64,000 nt of DNA from Opitutia bacterium (GCA_050506795.1 JBJHCF010000010.1:1-64000), one strand, 5' to 3'. Counted from the first letter of the stretch, positions 38,584 through 48,753 are shown. The notes: generated by a model not told the origin, from the sequence alone. Numbers and translations: made by a program.

Positions 38584-39806
38584 TATTCGTTACCCAACAC
38601 CCCGAGGGTCCAGCGGTATTCGCGTTCGATGGAGTCGAGCAGATTTCCCTTCAACCCCTCGGGGAGAACGTCCCAGGTGTAGGTTTCGATCTCCAGTTGC
38701 GGCCGGAGGCCTTTGGCCCGTACGGCGGCGAGACTGGTGACGATATCCTCCCGGGTGGACTCCAGCCCGCCAAACGCTTCCGCAAAAACCGGTACATGAA
38801 AATGGATACGCCACTCGCGGGCGTCCGGATCCTGTTTCCTGCCCAGGGCTTCCGCCAAATCCGGATAACGCCGCAGGCTTCCGTCGGCGCGGCGCTCCAC
38901 CACCTGATGCAGGTAGGTCGACTCGGCAAAGGCCGACAACCGTTTTGTCCACCGCAGATAATCCTCGATCCCTTCCGGCGGGAGCGTTTTAAGCGCGGCG
39001 CTGATCTGCACCTTGCCGATGCCGATGCCGGCCGCCAAAAGCCGGTCGATGGCCTCGCCGGGCTCCTCGTATTCCACCGCAAAGTGACAGGTATCGTAAC
39101 AGATCTGGATATGCTCGCGCAAAGCCTCTTCCGCCCGGCTTTTCTCAAAGCCGTAGACCCCGTGCAAGTAGGCCACGCCCTCCTCAAACAGGTGTTCGGT
39201 GAAAAACGCGACCGTTTCCGCGCTGTTTTCCAGCAGGCAATCCGGCTCCGGTTCGATGTCGATGTGCACCCGCTTGCCGGTTCGTTCCCGCATCCGAGCC
39301 AACTCGCCGGCCACACGGGCCAGGTGGCGCGCGCATTCGTCGAACACCAGAACCCGTTCCGACCCTTCAGGCACCCAGGGTTTGTAGGACAGCGGCGAGG
39401 TCGAAATCCCGCCCTCGCCTTCCTCCGGCAAGAGACCGATCATTCCCTCGGCCAGGTCGAGAGTGTAACGAACGCGTTCCTCGGTTCTCCAGTCCGGCGC
39501 ATAAACCTTTTCTTTGACCTTCTCCCCGTGAAAGGCCCCGTATGGAAAGCCGTTCATGGTGATCACGTAAAAGTCCTCGTCCGCCATCCACCTCCGAAAC
39601 GCCTCCAAACGGTCCCCGGTCAGTAAATCCCGCCCGGCCTGCGCCGACAGCCGCAGTCCCAACGCGAATGGCCGGTCGGGCGACAACCTTCGCTTCAACT
39701 CGGGAGCGTGTTTACGCAGTTGAGCCAACGTCTCATCCAGGCTTTCGCCCGGATGAATATTGGAGCAGTAAGTCAAATGATATTCGGAATGACCGTCGAC
39801 TTTCAT
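38583..39806 (-). CDS. eboE: EboE metabolite-traffic protein (xylose-isomerase-like TIM barrel)
   Basis: LTYCSNIHPGE, NGFPYGAFH, VYAPDW, EPEPDC, YLHQV, WRIHFHVP, EIETYTW. Confidence 0.9.
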   Translation of the reverse strand: MKVDGHSEYHLTYCSNIHPGESLDETLAQLRKHAPELKRRLSPDRPFALGLRLSAQAGRDLLTGDRLEAFRRWMADEDFYVITMNGFPYGAFHGEKVKEKVYAPDWRTEERVRYTLDLAEGMIGLLPEEGEGGISTSPLSYKPWVPEGSERVLVFDECARHLARVAGELARMRERTGKRVHIDIEPEPDCLLENSAETVAFFTEHLFEEGVAYLHGVYGFEKSRAEEALREHIQICYDTCHFAVEYEEPGEAIDRLLAAGIGIGKVQISAALKTLPPEGIEDYLRWTKRLSAFAESTYLHQVVERRADGSLRRYPDLAEALGRKQDPDAREWRIHFHVPVFAEAFGGLESTREDIVTSLAAVRAKGLRPQLEIETYTWDVLPEGLKGNLLDSIEREYRWTLGVLGNE

Positions 39807-39877
39807 AAGAATATAAGACCCAAACTACCGCCCCACCCAAGCCCGCGCAAACCATAACCGCTCCCGCCCCCTACGGC

Positions 39878-40103
39878 TTTTTTTTACCACGAAATGCACA
39901 AAATACACGAAATGGGGAAACGGCGGAGCCGCTGTTCCTTGTTCCTGGTTCTTGGTTTCAGCTTCTCAGCATTTCAGCCTTTCAGCGTTTTGCCTCGCCC
40001 CTGCTGAGCCGCCAGGCGAAGTCCCGGCCTGCCGGGATCCTCTGACTCCTGATCCCCTTCGCCACTGAGCCGAGCCGGCTGAAGCACGGCACTACGGGTT
40101 TTG
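39878..40103 (+). repeat. Intergenic repeat block (accacgaaatacac unit, short tandems, gccaggcgaagtcccggcctgccgggat unit)
   Basis: Both sub-blocks recur at 42403-42635. Confidence 0.8.
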
Positions 40104-40144
40104 TCCCTCGCCCCTGCCCTGAGCCTGTCGAAGGGCTCTGCCCC

Positions 40145-41050
40145 TCAGGTCACCACAAAGGCCCGTGCCAGTCCGCGTGATAAGGGCAGCAGCGCCAGAA
40201 CGACCAGCCCCGTCACCCAGCCGGCGAAGCCGGCGGCCAGTGCGGCGTTGAGCACGACCAGCGACAGCACCCCCGCCTTGACCGCGCGGCCGGTCAGCGC
40301 GGGGGTCGGACTGGTGGCGGCCAGAACGAAGGGCGGCAGGACCAACCCGGCCAGGAGCAGGAGAAAGGGGAAACTGTGCCACAGTTGAAAATACGGCGAC
40401 AGCACCCCAAGCACGATCAACTGCCCAAACACCGCTCCCAAAGCCCCGAGTGCGATCACACCGCTGACACGCCTTCCGCCCAGGACCTCCCCCCGGCTCA
40501 CCGCGGTAACAGCACCGATGTAGAGCAACGGCAACGCCCCCAACGGCCACCACACCGCGAGTTGGCCCAACGCGATACTCATGCCCAGGAGCAGATTCCC
40601 CGCACGGCACAACCCCATCACCACCGGACCGGCCACGGCATGGTGCTTGGCGATTCCGTTGTAGAGGAAGGTGCCGGCCGCCACGGACAGGGCAATCAGA
40701 CCGCTCACGAAACCGGCGCCGAAGGCCGCCGTCACCCCGCCCGCCAGAAGAACGCCGCCGAGCAGGGACGCACCGCGGCGAGTCACCCGTCCGCTGGGTA
40801 TGGCCCGTTCCGGCCGTTCCCGGGCATCCAGCGAGGCGTCGAAGACATCGTTGAAGGTAATCCCTCCGGCATAAAGGCCGACTCCGGCCAGCAGCAGCCA
40901 AATCAGCGCCGGTTCAATGCTCAAACCGGCCTCGCCGAAATAAATCGCAAAACCACCGGCCACAGCGGCGCCGGCCAGGACATCCGCCAGGGCGGTGACC
41001 GTATTGGGGGGACGGATGAGTTCCAGGAACGCTCGAAATGTTGTGGTCAC
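40145..41050 (-). CDS. eboC: EboC UbiA-family prenyltransferase
   Basis: RPPNTVTALAD, NDVFDASLDARERPERAIPSG, MGLCRAGNLLLG; GTG start uncertain (41050 or 41104). Confidence 0.85.
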   Translation of the reverse strand: MTTTFRAFLELIRPPNTVTALADVLAGAAVAGGFAIYFGEAGLSIEPALIWLLLAGVGLYAGGITFNDVFDASLDARERPERAIPSGRVTRRGASLLGGVLLAGGVTAAFGAGFVSGLIALSVAAGTFLYNGIAKHHAVAGPVVMGLCRAGNLLLGMSIALGQLAVWWPLGALPLLYIGAVTAVSRGEVLGGRRVSGVIALGALGAVFGQLIVLGVLSPYFQLWHSFPFLLLLAGLVLPPFVLAATSPTPALTGRAVKAGVLSLVVLNAALAAGFAGWVTGLVVLALLPLSRGLARAFVVT

Positions 41051-41204
41051 GGCAGGATCAAAGCGGCCGTGAGCGTTTCGGGTGAATTCGCTTGTTTGCT
41101 CCACAGCCGCGAAGTACGCTGCTCTTTTTGCTCATTCCATCCAATGGTGTCTAGCTGGAAACAACGAAAGGGTAAGAGTCTTGAAAGAAGGACGCGGGAT
41201 TAAA

Positions 41205-42368
41205 GTGGCGGCGGAATCCATACAACAAAACATCCGCGTCGATTTCACCTACCGGGTGCATTTCACCGACGACTTCCTGGAGGCGACCAATCCGTTGCTG
41301 GCCGAAGTTCTGACCCCTCCCTGGCCGGGAGCGCAAGCCACGGCGCTTTTTGTGATCGACCAGGGCCTCCTGCTCCATCACCCGGAACTGATCGAACGGA
41401 TCCAGGCTTACGCCGCCGCCACCCCCCACCTGAAGGTTCCCTGCGACCCGCTGGTGGTGACCGGCGGCGAGGCGGTCAAGAATCGCCTGCGGCCGTTAAC
41501 CAGTCTCCTGCGCGCGATCAATCGGAGCAATCTCGACCGGCACGCCTACGTGGTCGCGATCGGCGGAGGGGCCGTCCTCGACGCGGCGGGATTCGCCGCC
41601 GCGGTGGCGCATCGGGGCATCCGGCTGGTGCGGGTTCCCACCACCGTCCTGGCTCAAAACGATGCCGGGATCGGGGTCAAAAACGGCATCAACGCCTTCG
41701 GCAAAAAGAATTTTCTCGGCACCTTCAGCCCTCCCTGCGCGGTGATCAACGACTTCGCCCTGCTGGACACACTCGACGACGATGAATGGCGTTCGGGTAT
41801 CTCGGAGGCGGTCAAGGTCGCCCTGTTGAAGGATCCCGAGTTCTTCCGCTTTCTGGAGGAGTCGGCGGAGCGGCTGCGTCATCGCGATAACGATGCCATG
41901 CGCTGGCTGATACGGCGATGCGCCGAACTGCACCTGGAGCACATCGCAACCTGCGGTGACCCCTTTGAAACCGGCTCCTCGCGGCCCCTGGACTTCGGTC
42001 ACTGGTCGGCGCACAAATTGGAGGCGCTCAGCGGCTATCGCCTTCGTCACGGTGACGCCGTGGCCATCGGTCTCGCCCTCGACGCCACCTACTGCCGCCT
42101 CTCCGGCATGCTGGCGGAGGAACCGTGGCGCCGCATCATCGGCGTGCTGCGCAACGCCGGGTTCGTTTTGTTCGTCCCGGAACTCAAGGAAAAGCTCGAC
42201 GATCCCGGACATCGCCGCTCCCTCCTCCACGGCCTGGAGGAATTCCGCGAACATCTGGGCGGCCGCCTGACCCTCATGATGCTCACCGACATTGGACAGG
42301 GCATCGAAGTCAACGAAATCGACACCACCCTCGTACACCAAGCCATCCAGGCACTGGAAGGGGTTTAG
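41205..42368 (+). CDS. eboD: EboD 3-dehydroquinate-synthase-like sugar-phosphate cyclase
   Basis: GGEAVKN, GGGAVLD, PTTVLAQNDAGIGVKNG, GSSRPLDFGHWSAHKLE, EEFREHLGG. Confidence 0.85.
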   Translation: MAAESIQQNIRVDFTYRVHFTDDFLEATNPLLAEVLTPPWPGAQATALFVIDQGLLLHHPELIERIQAYAAATPHLKVPCDPLVVTGGEAVKNRLRPLTSLLRAINRSNLDRHAYVVAIGGGAVLDAAGFAAAVAHRGIRLVRVPTTVLAQNDAGIGVKNGINAFGKKNFLGTFSPPCAVINDFALLDTLDDDEWRSGISEAVKVALLKDPEFFRFLEESAERLRHRDNDAMRWLIRRCAELHLEHIATCGDPFETGSSRPLDFGHWSAHKLEALSGYRLRHGDAVAIGLALDATYCRLSGMLAEEPWRRIIGVLRNAGFVLFVPELKEKLDDPGHRRSLLHGLEEFREHLGGRLTLMMLTDIGQGIEVNEIDTTLVHQAIQALEGV

Positions 42369-42402
42369 TTCGAATGACGCTCCGTTACGTCTGAAAATCC
42401 CA

Positions 42403-42635
42403 GCCAGGCGAAGTCCCGGCCTGCCGGGATTCCCTTTGCCACTGAGCCGAGCCGGCTGAAGCACCGCACTACCGGTTTTGGATTCCGGGTTCTTTATTTT
42501 GTGTAATCTGTGGTTAGATCTTCTTTGGATCCGAATTTTTTAACCACGAAATACACAAAATACACGAAATGGGAGAGCGGCTTCGCCTCGGTTCTTGGTT
42601 CGAAGGTCTGCACCTTTTCTTAGTTCTTGGTTCTT
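42403..42635 (+). repeat. Intergenic repeat block, second copy (sub-blocks in swapped order)
   Basis: 42403-42480 matches 40011-40103; 42537-42573 matches 39880-39916. Confidence 0.8.
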
Positions 42636-42672
42636 TTCGCCCCCACGCCCCTCGTCCTCTCGCCCCACCTTA

Positions 42673-43956
42673 TCACCCCTGCAACACCGACTCCGACACC
42701 GCCGGGGCCGGTTGCAGGCGTTCCATGGCCTCACCGATAAGGTAGATGGACCCGGTGAGCACCACCGTGTCGCCGGGTTGGCCCGCGGTGCACAGGCCGG
42801 GCCCCGGGAAAAGGTCATCGATCAAGGCGCGTTTGACCGGACCGGAGAAAGTTTCCGCCAAACAGGCTTCGAGGAACGCGAACGGCGTGGCCCGCGGCTG
42901 ATTGGCCACCAACAGATGGATTTCCGAAGCGTGACGCGCCAGCACCGCAAACAACGCCCGCGCCCGGTCCTCGCCCAGCGATCCCGCGATCACCACCGGC
43001 TTGCGACCGCTCCGCTCGCGCAGCGTCGTCAGATTGCGGTCGAGCCAGAGGGCGGCTTCCTCGTTGTGCGCGGCATCAACAATCAATTGGCGCCCGCTCA
43101 CTTCCAACCGCTGCCAGCGGCCGTTCCAGGAAACCGAAGCCAAACCCTTTTCCACTGCCTCCGGCGAAACCGGCAACCGTTCCGCCGCCGCCCGCAGGAC
43201 CAGCAGCGCGGTCGCCGCGTTAATGCGCTGGTAATCCCCTTCCAGCGCACAGCGCGGATAGTCGGTCAAATCCGTCCCCCAGGCGTCCTCCACCCGGAAC
43301 ACGGGCGACCCGCGGAAGCGGGCGACTTCCAACACCGCGGTTTCGGCTTCCGGCGCCAGACGGCCCAGCACCACCGGAACGCCGGGTTTGACGATGCCCG
43401 CCTTTTCCACCGCGATCTTCGCCAGGGTGTCGCCCAGCTGCTCACAGTGATCCAGCCCCACCGAGGTGATCGCCGAGACCATCGGCGTCAACACGTTGGT
43501 CGAATCGAGCCGGCCCCCCAGTCCCACCTCCACCACCGCGACATCCACCGCCTCCCGGGCAAAATGAAGGAAGGCCATCGCGGTCATAAATTCGAAAAAG
43601 GTCGGATGAAGCTCCGGATCTCCCCGCGACACCTTTTCCGCCGCTTCTTTCAACTGGGCGGTGTAATCCACGATGGCGGCCTCCGACAAAATTTCGCGGT
43701 TCACCTGCACCCGTTCTCCGAGCCGCACCAGGTGCGGCGAGGTGAATAATCCCGTTTTGCGTCCGGAAGCCCGCAGGATCGCCTCCAGCATGGCACACAC
43801 CGAACCCTTCCCGTTGGTGCCGGCAACGTGCAACGCCGGAAAACGCCTCTCAGGATTTCCCAGCGCCTCCAGAAAGGGCGGCATCCGACCGATCCCATAG
43901 CGGGATCCCCGGTTTCTCAGCCCGTACAGATAATTGCTGGTCGCCTGGTAGTTCAT
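42673..43956 (-). CDS. folC: Folylpolyglutamate synthase/dihydrofolate synthase
   Basis: HVAGTNGKGS, FTSPHL, EVGLGGRLDSTN, DAAHN, GSIYLIG. Confidence 0.95.
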   Translation of the reverse strand: MNYQATSNYLYGLRNRGSRYGIGRMPPFLEALGNPERRFPALHVAGTNGKGSVCAMLEAILRASGRKTGLFTSPHLVRLGERVQVNREILSEAAIVDYTAQLKEAAEKVSRGDPELHPTFFEFMTAMAFLHFAREAVDVAVVEVGLGGRLDSTNVLTPMVSAITSVGLDHCEQLGDTLAKIAVEKAGIVKPGVPVVLGRLAPEAETAVLEVARFRGSPVFRVEDAWGTDLTDYPRCALEGDYQRINAATALLVLRAAAERLPVSPEAVEKGLASVSWNGRWQRLEVSGRQLIVDAAHNEEAALWLDRNLTTLRERSGRKPVVIAGSLGEDRARALFAVLARHASEIHLLVANQPRATPFAFLEACLAETFSGPVKRALIDDLFPGPGLCTAGQPGDTVVLTGSIYLIGEAMERLQPAPAVSESVLQG

Positions 43957-43968
43957 AAACGGAAGCTC

Positions 43969-44002
43969 TAGGAGTCTGTCGGGCTTCGCCGACAGACTCC
44001 TA
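43969..44002. repeat. Perfect 14-bp inverted repeat hairpin
   Basis: taggagtctgtcgg-gcttcg-ccgacagactccta; a half-site also occurs at about 1340-1360. Confidence 0.7.
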
Positions 44003-44066
44003 AAAGCCTTCCCCGCAAAGCGCAACTCGAGAATCCAAAGCCGGCAAGTGCCGCGGCGGCAGCCGG

Positions 44067-44924
44067 TCAGGACGCCTCCCGGCGCTTCAAATAAAGCGCC
44101 CCCAGGAGAACATGCAACCGCTCCCGCATTTCCGTCCGGGGCACAATCTGGTCGAGCAGACCGTGCTCCAGAAGAAATTCCGCGGTCTGAAATCCCTCCG
44201 GCAAAGCCTGTTGCGTCGTCTCTTTGATCACGCGGGGCCCGGCAAAGCCGATCAACGCTCCGGGCTCGGCCAGAATAACGTCGCCCAGGGTGGCGTAGCT
44301 GGCCATCACCCCGGCCGTGGTCGGGTTGGTCAGCACCGAGATATAAGGGAGCCCCTTTTCCCGTAATCGTCCAAGCGCGGCACTGGTCTTGGCCATCTGC
44401 ATCAGACTGAGAATCCCCTCGTACATGCGCGCGCCGCCGGAAGTGGAAATGACGATGCAGGGAATCCCCTTGTCCGCCGCCCGTTCGATCGAACGGGTCA
44501 CCTTTTCGCCGACCACCGCCCCCATACTGGCGCCGAGAAAACGAAAATCCATCACCGCGATCGAAACCGGAATATCGTGAATGCGACCGGTCCCCGAATA
44601 CACCGCGTCCTTGCGCCCGGTCTTGGACCGGTGCTGCTTGAGCTTATCCTCGTACGACGCCACCCCCTGGAACTTCAGCACGTCCACCGAAACCAGGTTT
44701 TCGTCGCACTCCCTGAAACTGCCCTCGTCGAGGAGAAACGACAACCGCACCTCCGGAGCGATCGGAAAATGGTACCCGCTGTTGGGCACCACCATCTGAT
44801 TCTGCTCCAGCTCCTTTTTGTAAATGATCTCTCCACTGATCGGGCACTTGCTCCAGAGCCCGAACGGGATGTCCTTCTTCTTCACCGTGACGGTGGAGTA
44901 TTTCGGTTTGCTGAATAAAGCCAT
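44067..44924 (-). CDS. accD: Acetyl-CoA carboxylase carboxyltransferase beta subunit
   Basis: [39 protein letters not shown]. Confidence 0.95.
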   Translation of the reverse strand: MALFSKPKYSTVTVKKKDIPFGLWSKCPISGEIIYKKELEQNQMVVPNSGYHFPIAPEVRLSFLLDEGSFRECDENLVSVDVLKFQGVASYEDKLKQHRSKTGRKDAVYSGTGRIHDIPVSIAVMDFRFLGASMGAVVGEKVTRSIERAADKGIPCIVISTSGGARMYEGILSLMQMAKTSAALGRLREKGLPYISVLTNPTTAGVMASYATLGDVILAEPGALIGFAGPRVIKETTQQALPEGFQTAEFLLEHGLLDQIVPRTEMRERLHVLLGALYLKRREAS

Positions 44925-44945
44925 GTTCCTCGCGAATGTTAAAAA

Positions 44946-45680
44946 TCAACCGTGCCCCAACGTCGCCACATCCACTTTCCGGACCCCTTCCCGCCGCAAA
45001 GTCCTCGCGCAGGCGTTCAAGGTTGAACCGGTGGTGAAAACATCGTCGATCAGCACATAACGTTTTTTACGACTCAAAGCCGATTTGGGAGAAATGGCAA
45101 AAGCATTTTTGAGGTTCCCCATCCGCTCCCGACGGTCAAAACGGGTCTGCGATTCCGTATCGATGACCCGCACGAGAACCTCCTCCACCGCCTCGGCTTT
45201 GGCCAGCGACGCCAAAATATCGGCCAGCTCCCGGCTTTGATTAAACCCGCGTTCCCGACGCCTGCGCGGATGCAACGGCACCGGCACCAGGACGGCCCCA
45301 TCCAGAAAAGCGAGCAATTCCTCCGCCCGCTCCAGCACCCGGCGCACGTCCCGCCAGAGATGAATCTCCCCCCGGTACTTGATCCCGTGCACCAAAGCCC
45401 GCACCGGTCCCCGGACCAAAACCCCCGTGCGCCCCCGGCGGTACGCCGGACGCAGCATCAGGCAATGCGGACACGTCCGGTCGGCCTCCACCACCCCAAA
45501 AAACGGATGCCCACAAGTCGGACACGCCGGAGAACGCACCCAGTGAATGCGGCGCGCACACGGCGGACAAAGATGAGGAAAATCCCCGTCCGCCGCTTCC
45601 CCGCAATGCACACACGAACGGGGATACAGCAAATCCAGAAAACAATCCAGGGGTACGGATAAAGAAGAAAACCGGGGCAT
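44946..45680 (-). CDS. ComF-family protein (double zinc ribbon + PRTase)
   Basis: Four CxxC pairs, VPVPLH, RGFNQS, LIDDVFTTGST. Confidence 0.9.
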   Translation of the reverse strand: MPRFSSLSVPLDCFLDLLYPRSCVHCGEAADGDFPHLCPPCARRIHWVRSPACPTCGHPFFGVVEADRTCPHCLMLRPAYRRGRTGVLVRGPVRALVHGIKYRGEIHLWRDVRRVLERAEELLAFLDGAVLVPVPLHPRRRRERGFNQSRELADILASLAKAEAVEEVLVRVIDTESQTRFDRRERMGNLKNAFAISPKSALSRKKRYVLIDDVFTTGSTLNACARTLRREGVRKVDVATLGHG

Positions 45681-45944
45681 GGGGCACGGCTTTTTCATTT
45701 GGCCTTTCCAGGCCGCGGGAAAAAGCATTTCAGATCGAAAATTTAAAATTTGAGATATTTCGCCAAAGAATGCGGATCAAAGTGAACAAAAAAAACCGTG
45801 AATACGGAGTATGGGTTACCGGGGATTGGTTAGACCCCTTAACTTCGCCGATCGTCGCTGACAAAGACAAACAAAAAGGATCTCCACGATTTGAGGTGGG
45901 CTCCGAAGCAGTGATTTCCAGTAACATGCACCTTTGGAAATGTC

Positions 45945-46000
45945 CGGCTTAAGCACGGACCTACGGGGCGAAATTCGTAGCGCCCTGCTTAAGCGGGCGT
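45945..46000. repeat. GTAG-type REP pair downstream of truA
   Basis: cggcttaagcacggacctac ... gtagcgccctgcttaagcgggcg. Confidence 0.7.
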
Positions 46001-46066
46001 CTGTGCGGTATGCGGACGGCACGATCACGCCTTCCCTCCCCCACGCCCCTCGCGCCATCCCCCCTC

Positions 46067-46801
46067 CTACCGATAAAACACCCGGTCCAGGAACAATCCT
46101 TGGGCCGGGGCGGTGGGGATTTCCGCCGTACGAATGCGCTCGTTCAGTACCTCCTCCAGCCGGCCGGGCGACAGTTTGCCCTCGCCCACCCGAATGAGTC
46201 CTCCCGCCAGACTGCGCGCCATGCGGTAGAGAAACCCATCCGCCTCGACCACAAAGCGGACATCGCGTCCACGCCGCATGACGTCCAGCCGGCTCAAGTG
46301 CCGCACCGTGGTCTCCTTTTCGTCCCGGTTGACCGCCGAAAACGCCACAAAATCCCGCTTCCCGGTCAGGCTCGCCGCGGCCGCGGCCATGGCCTCCGTA
46401 TCCAGTTTCCGGTGACTCGCCACCCGGTACCGCGCCTCGAACGGCATCGGAATGCCCTCGTACACATGGTAGGTATACCGTTTGCCCACCGCGGAAAAGC
46501 GCGCATGAAAGGACTCGGGGACCAGGCGCGCGGAGAACACCAGCACCTCGGCCGGCAATCCGGTCCGAAACGCCGCCAGCAACGCCTCGGGCGAATGCCG
46601 CCACTCGGCGTCGAAATGAAAAACAAACCGCCGCGCATGCACCCCGGAATCGGTGCGCGAACTCCCGTGCACCCGCACCGGCTGACGAAATATCTCCCGC
46701 AACCGCCGCTCGATCACATCCTGCACCCCATCCCCCCCGGCCTGGCTTTGCCACCCCTGGAAAGGTCCCCCGTCAAACGCACATACACACTTCCACCGCA
46801 T
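46067..46801 (-). CDS. truA: tRNA pseudouridine(38-40) synthase
   Basis: FDG..FQGWQ, SRTDSGVHA, FHARFSA, GFLYRMAR, TAPAQGLFL. Confidence 0.95.
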   Translation of the reverse strand: MRWKCVCAFDGGPFQGWQSQAGGDGVQDVIERRLREIFRQPVRVHGSSRTDSGVHARRFVFHFDAEWRHSPEALLAAFRTGLPAEVLVFSARLVPESFHARFSAVGKRYTYHVYEGIPMPFEARYRVASHRKLDTEAMAAAAASLTGKRDFVAFSAVNRDEKETTVRHLSRLDVMRRGRDVRFVVEADGFLYRMARSLAGGLIRVGEGKLSPGRLEEVLNERIRTAEIPTAPAQGLFLDRVFYR

Positions 46802-46879
46802 AAAAGGCACCCTAACCAATTCCAGCCAACAACCAAGAACGGTTCACGCCTTCTGTTGTCGTTCGTCAAAACGCCATCT

Positions 46880-46993
46880 CCGGCTTAAAGCACGAGCTAC
46901 GCAAAGTCCCCGTCCCGTAGCGCCCTGCTTCAGCGGGCGAACCAGCCTCACAGTCCGGGAAAAAAGCCTCCGGCTAAAGCACGGAGCTACGGA
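46880..46993. repeat. GTAG-type REP cluster (3 units) upstream of truA
   Basis: cggcttaaagcacgagctac / gtagcgccctgcttcagcgggcg / cggctaaagcacggagctac. Confidence 0.7.
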
Positions 46994-47054
46994 TTCCCGG
47001 CTCGTCGATTTCAGCGTTTCTTCCACCCCCACGTCCCTCGTCCCTCGTCCCCCA

Positions 47055-47468
47055 TCACCCAATCCTCTGATCCAAAAAATCCTGCAGAATCAGGGCGGCG
47101 GCGTGAGAATCGACCCGGCCGGATTTGCGGTCCACCTTGGTCTTGCGGCGGCGGTAACGCTCCTCGGCCACGCTGGAGGTCAGCCGCTCGTCCACCAGGT
47201 GCACCGGCCCGGCGAAACGGGTTTTCAACGCCTCCACAAATCGGTCCACCTCGCGTGCCTTGAAGCCCACCGAGCCGTCCATGTTGTAAGGGTAACCCAC
47301 CACCAATTCATCGATGCGCTGGTCGCGGATCACTTCTTCAATCCGCGCCCAACGCTCCTCCTCCCGGCTCGCCGTGGCGGCCGGGAGGGGCATGGCGACC
47401 CCGAGGTCATCGCCCCAGCTGAGACCTATCCGCTTTTCGCCGTAATCAATCCCCAGGAAACGAGGCAT
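47055..47468 (-). CDS. ruvX: YqgF/RuvX pre-16S rRNA nuclease
   Basis: LGIDYGEKRIG, VVGYP, DERLTS, VDSHAAALILQ. Confidence 0.92.
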   Translation of the reverse strand: MPRFLGIDYGEKRIGLSWGDDLGVAMPLPAATASREEERWARIEEVIRDQRIDELVVGYPYNMDGSVGFKAREVDRFVEALKTRFAGPVHLVDERLTSSVAEERYRRRKTKVDRKSGRVDSHAAALILQDFLDQRIG

Positions 47469-47474
47469 CGAGGG

Positions 47475-48563
47475 TCACATCAACGATTTCCATTTCGGGT
47501 CGTCGCCCAGCTTCTTGACCAGCTTCTTGATGTCCTGGGCCTTGTCCTTGGGACAAATCAACGTGGCGTCGTCGGTGTGCACCACGATCAGGTCATCCAC
47601 TCCGCAAACCGTCACCAGGTGGTCGTTGTCGGAGATGACAATATTGTCGCCGCCTCCTTCCACCATCGCCGCGCCGCGCAAGGTGTTGCCCCGGGAATCG
47701 GGCTTAAAGTGCCGCGCCACCGCCGGCCAGGCGCCCACATCGTCCCAGTCGAACTCCGATTCCACCGTGACCACGTTTTCCGCCTTTTCCATCACCGCAT
47801 AATCAATGGATATCTTGTCCAGCCCCGGAAAAATCTCCTCCAACACCGAATCCAACGGTTTGCCTTCGGTCAGGCCGGTCTCGATCTCCCTCAACCCTTG
47901 ATGCAACCCGGCGGTGTGCGCCTCCAGAGCCTGATCGATCGCCGCCACCGTCCAGACAAACATGCCCGCGTTCCAGAAATAGTCGCCGGAATCCAGATAC
48001 TTCTTCGCGGTCTCCAGATTCGGCTTCTCCACAAAGGCCTTCACCTTGTAGACCGAGCGATCGTCAATCTCAGCGGTCTCTTCACCGCGATGAATATAAC
48101 CGTACCCGGTGGCCGGTTCGGTGGGTGAAATCCCGATCGTGACCAGCACCGGGTCCTGCTCCGCCGCCTGGAACGCGGTTTCCATCACCGCCCGGAACCC
48201 GTCCGTGTCCTGAATGACATGATCCGCCGGCAACATGGCCATACAGGCCTCGGGATCGCGACGCTTCACCAGGACCATCGCCAGGCCCACCGCCGCCGCC
48301 GTGTCGCGCCCCACCGGCTCACTGACCACATTTTCGGCCGGCAACATCGGACACACCGAAATCACCGCATCGCGCTGTTCCCGGTTGGTGATGATAAAAA
48401 CGTTCTCCACCGGAACCAAGCCCTCCAATCTTTCCACCGTCTGGGTCAGCATGGGCTTATCCCCGACAATCGGCAACAGATGCTTGGGGCGCCGCAATCG
48501 ACTCTGCGGCCAGAAACGCTCCCCGCGCCCCCCGGCCATGATCACAACAAAACGTTTGCTCAT
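47475..48563 (-). CDS. manC: Mannose-1-phosphate guanylyltransferase
   Basis: MAGGRGERFWP.SR..PK, EPVGRDTA, PADH, FVEKP, WNAGMF, SIDYAVME, WDDVG. Confidence 0.92.
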   Translation of the reverse strand: MSKRFVVIMAGGRGERFWPQSRLRRPKHLLPIVGDKPMLTQTVERLEGLVPVENVFIITNREQRDAVISVCPMLPAENVVSEPVGRDTAAAVGLAMVLVKRRDPEACMAMLPADHVIQDTDGFRAVMETAFQAAEQDPVLVTIGISPTEPATGYGYIHRGEETAEIDDRSVYKVKAFVEKPNLETAKKYLDSGDYFWNAGMFVWTVAAIDQALEAHTAGLHQGLREIETGLTEGKPLDSVLEEIFPGLDKISIDYAVMEKAENVVTVESEFDWDDVGAWPAVARHFKPDSRGNTLRGAAMVEGGGDNIVISDNDHLVTVCGVDDLIVVHTDDATLICPKDKAQDIKKLVKKLGDDPKWKSLM

Positions 48564-48753
48564 ATACCAAACAACAAACGCCAAACACCAGAAATTGGCA
48601 AACCCGTTCTCTCGCTCCCATCAGCACGGCGAGCCAAATTTGGAAACCGAAACGATCACGTCTGCGAAGGGCTCTCGCCAACCGAACATCCAGGCACGAC
48701 TTCCAAACCCCCTGGTGCCCGGCGGGCTAATGCCCCGGCCGACTCTGCCTTTC

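Noticed and set aside
41205..42368. Housekeeping aroB
   Set aside because: The SRPLDFGHWSAHKLE and EEFREHLGG motifs and the eboC/E/F context indicate EboD.
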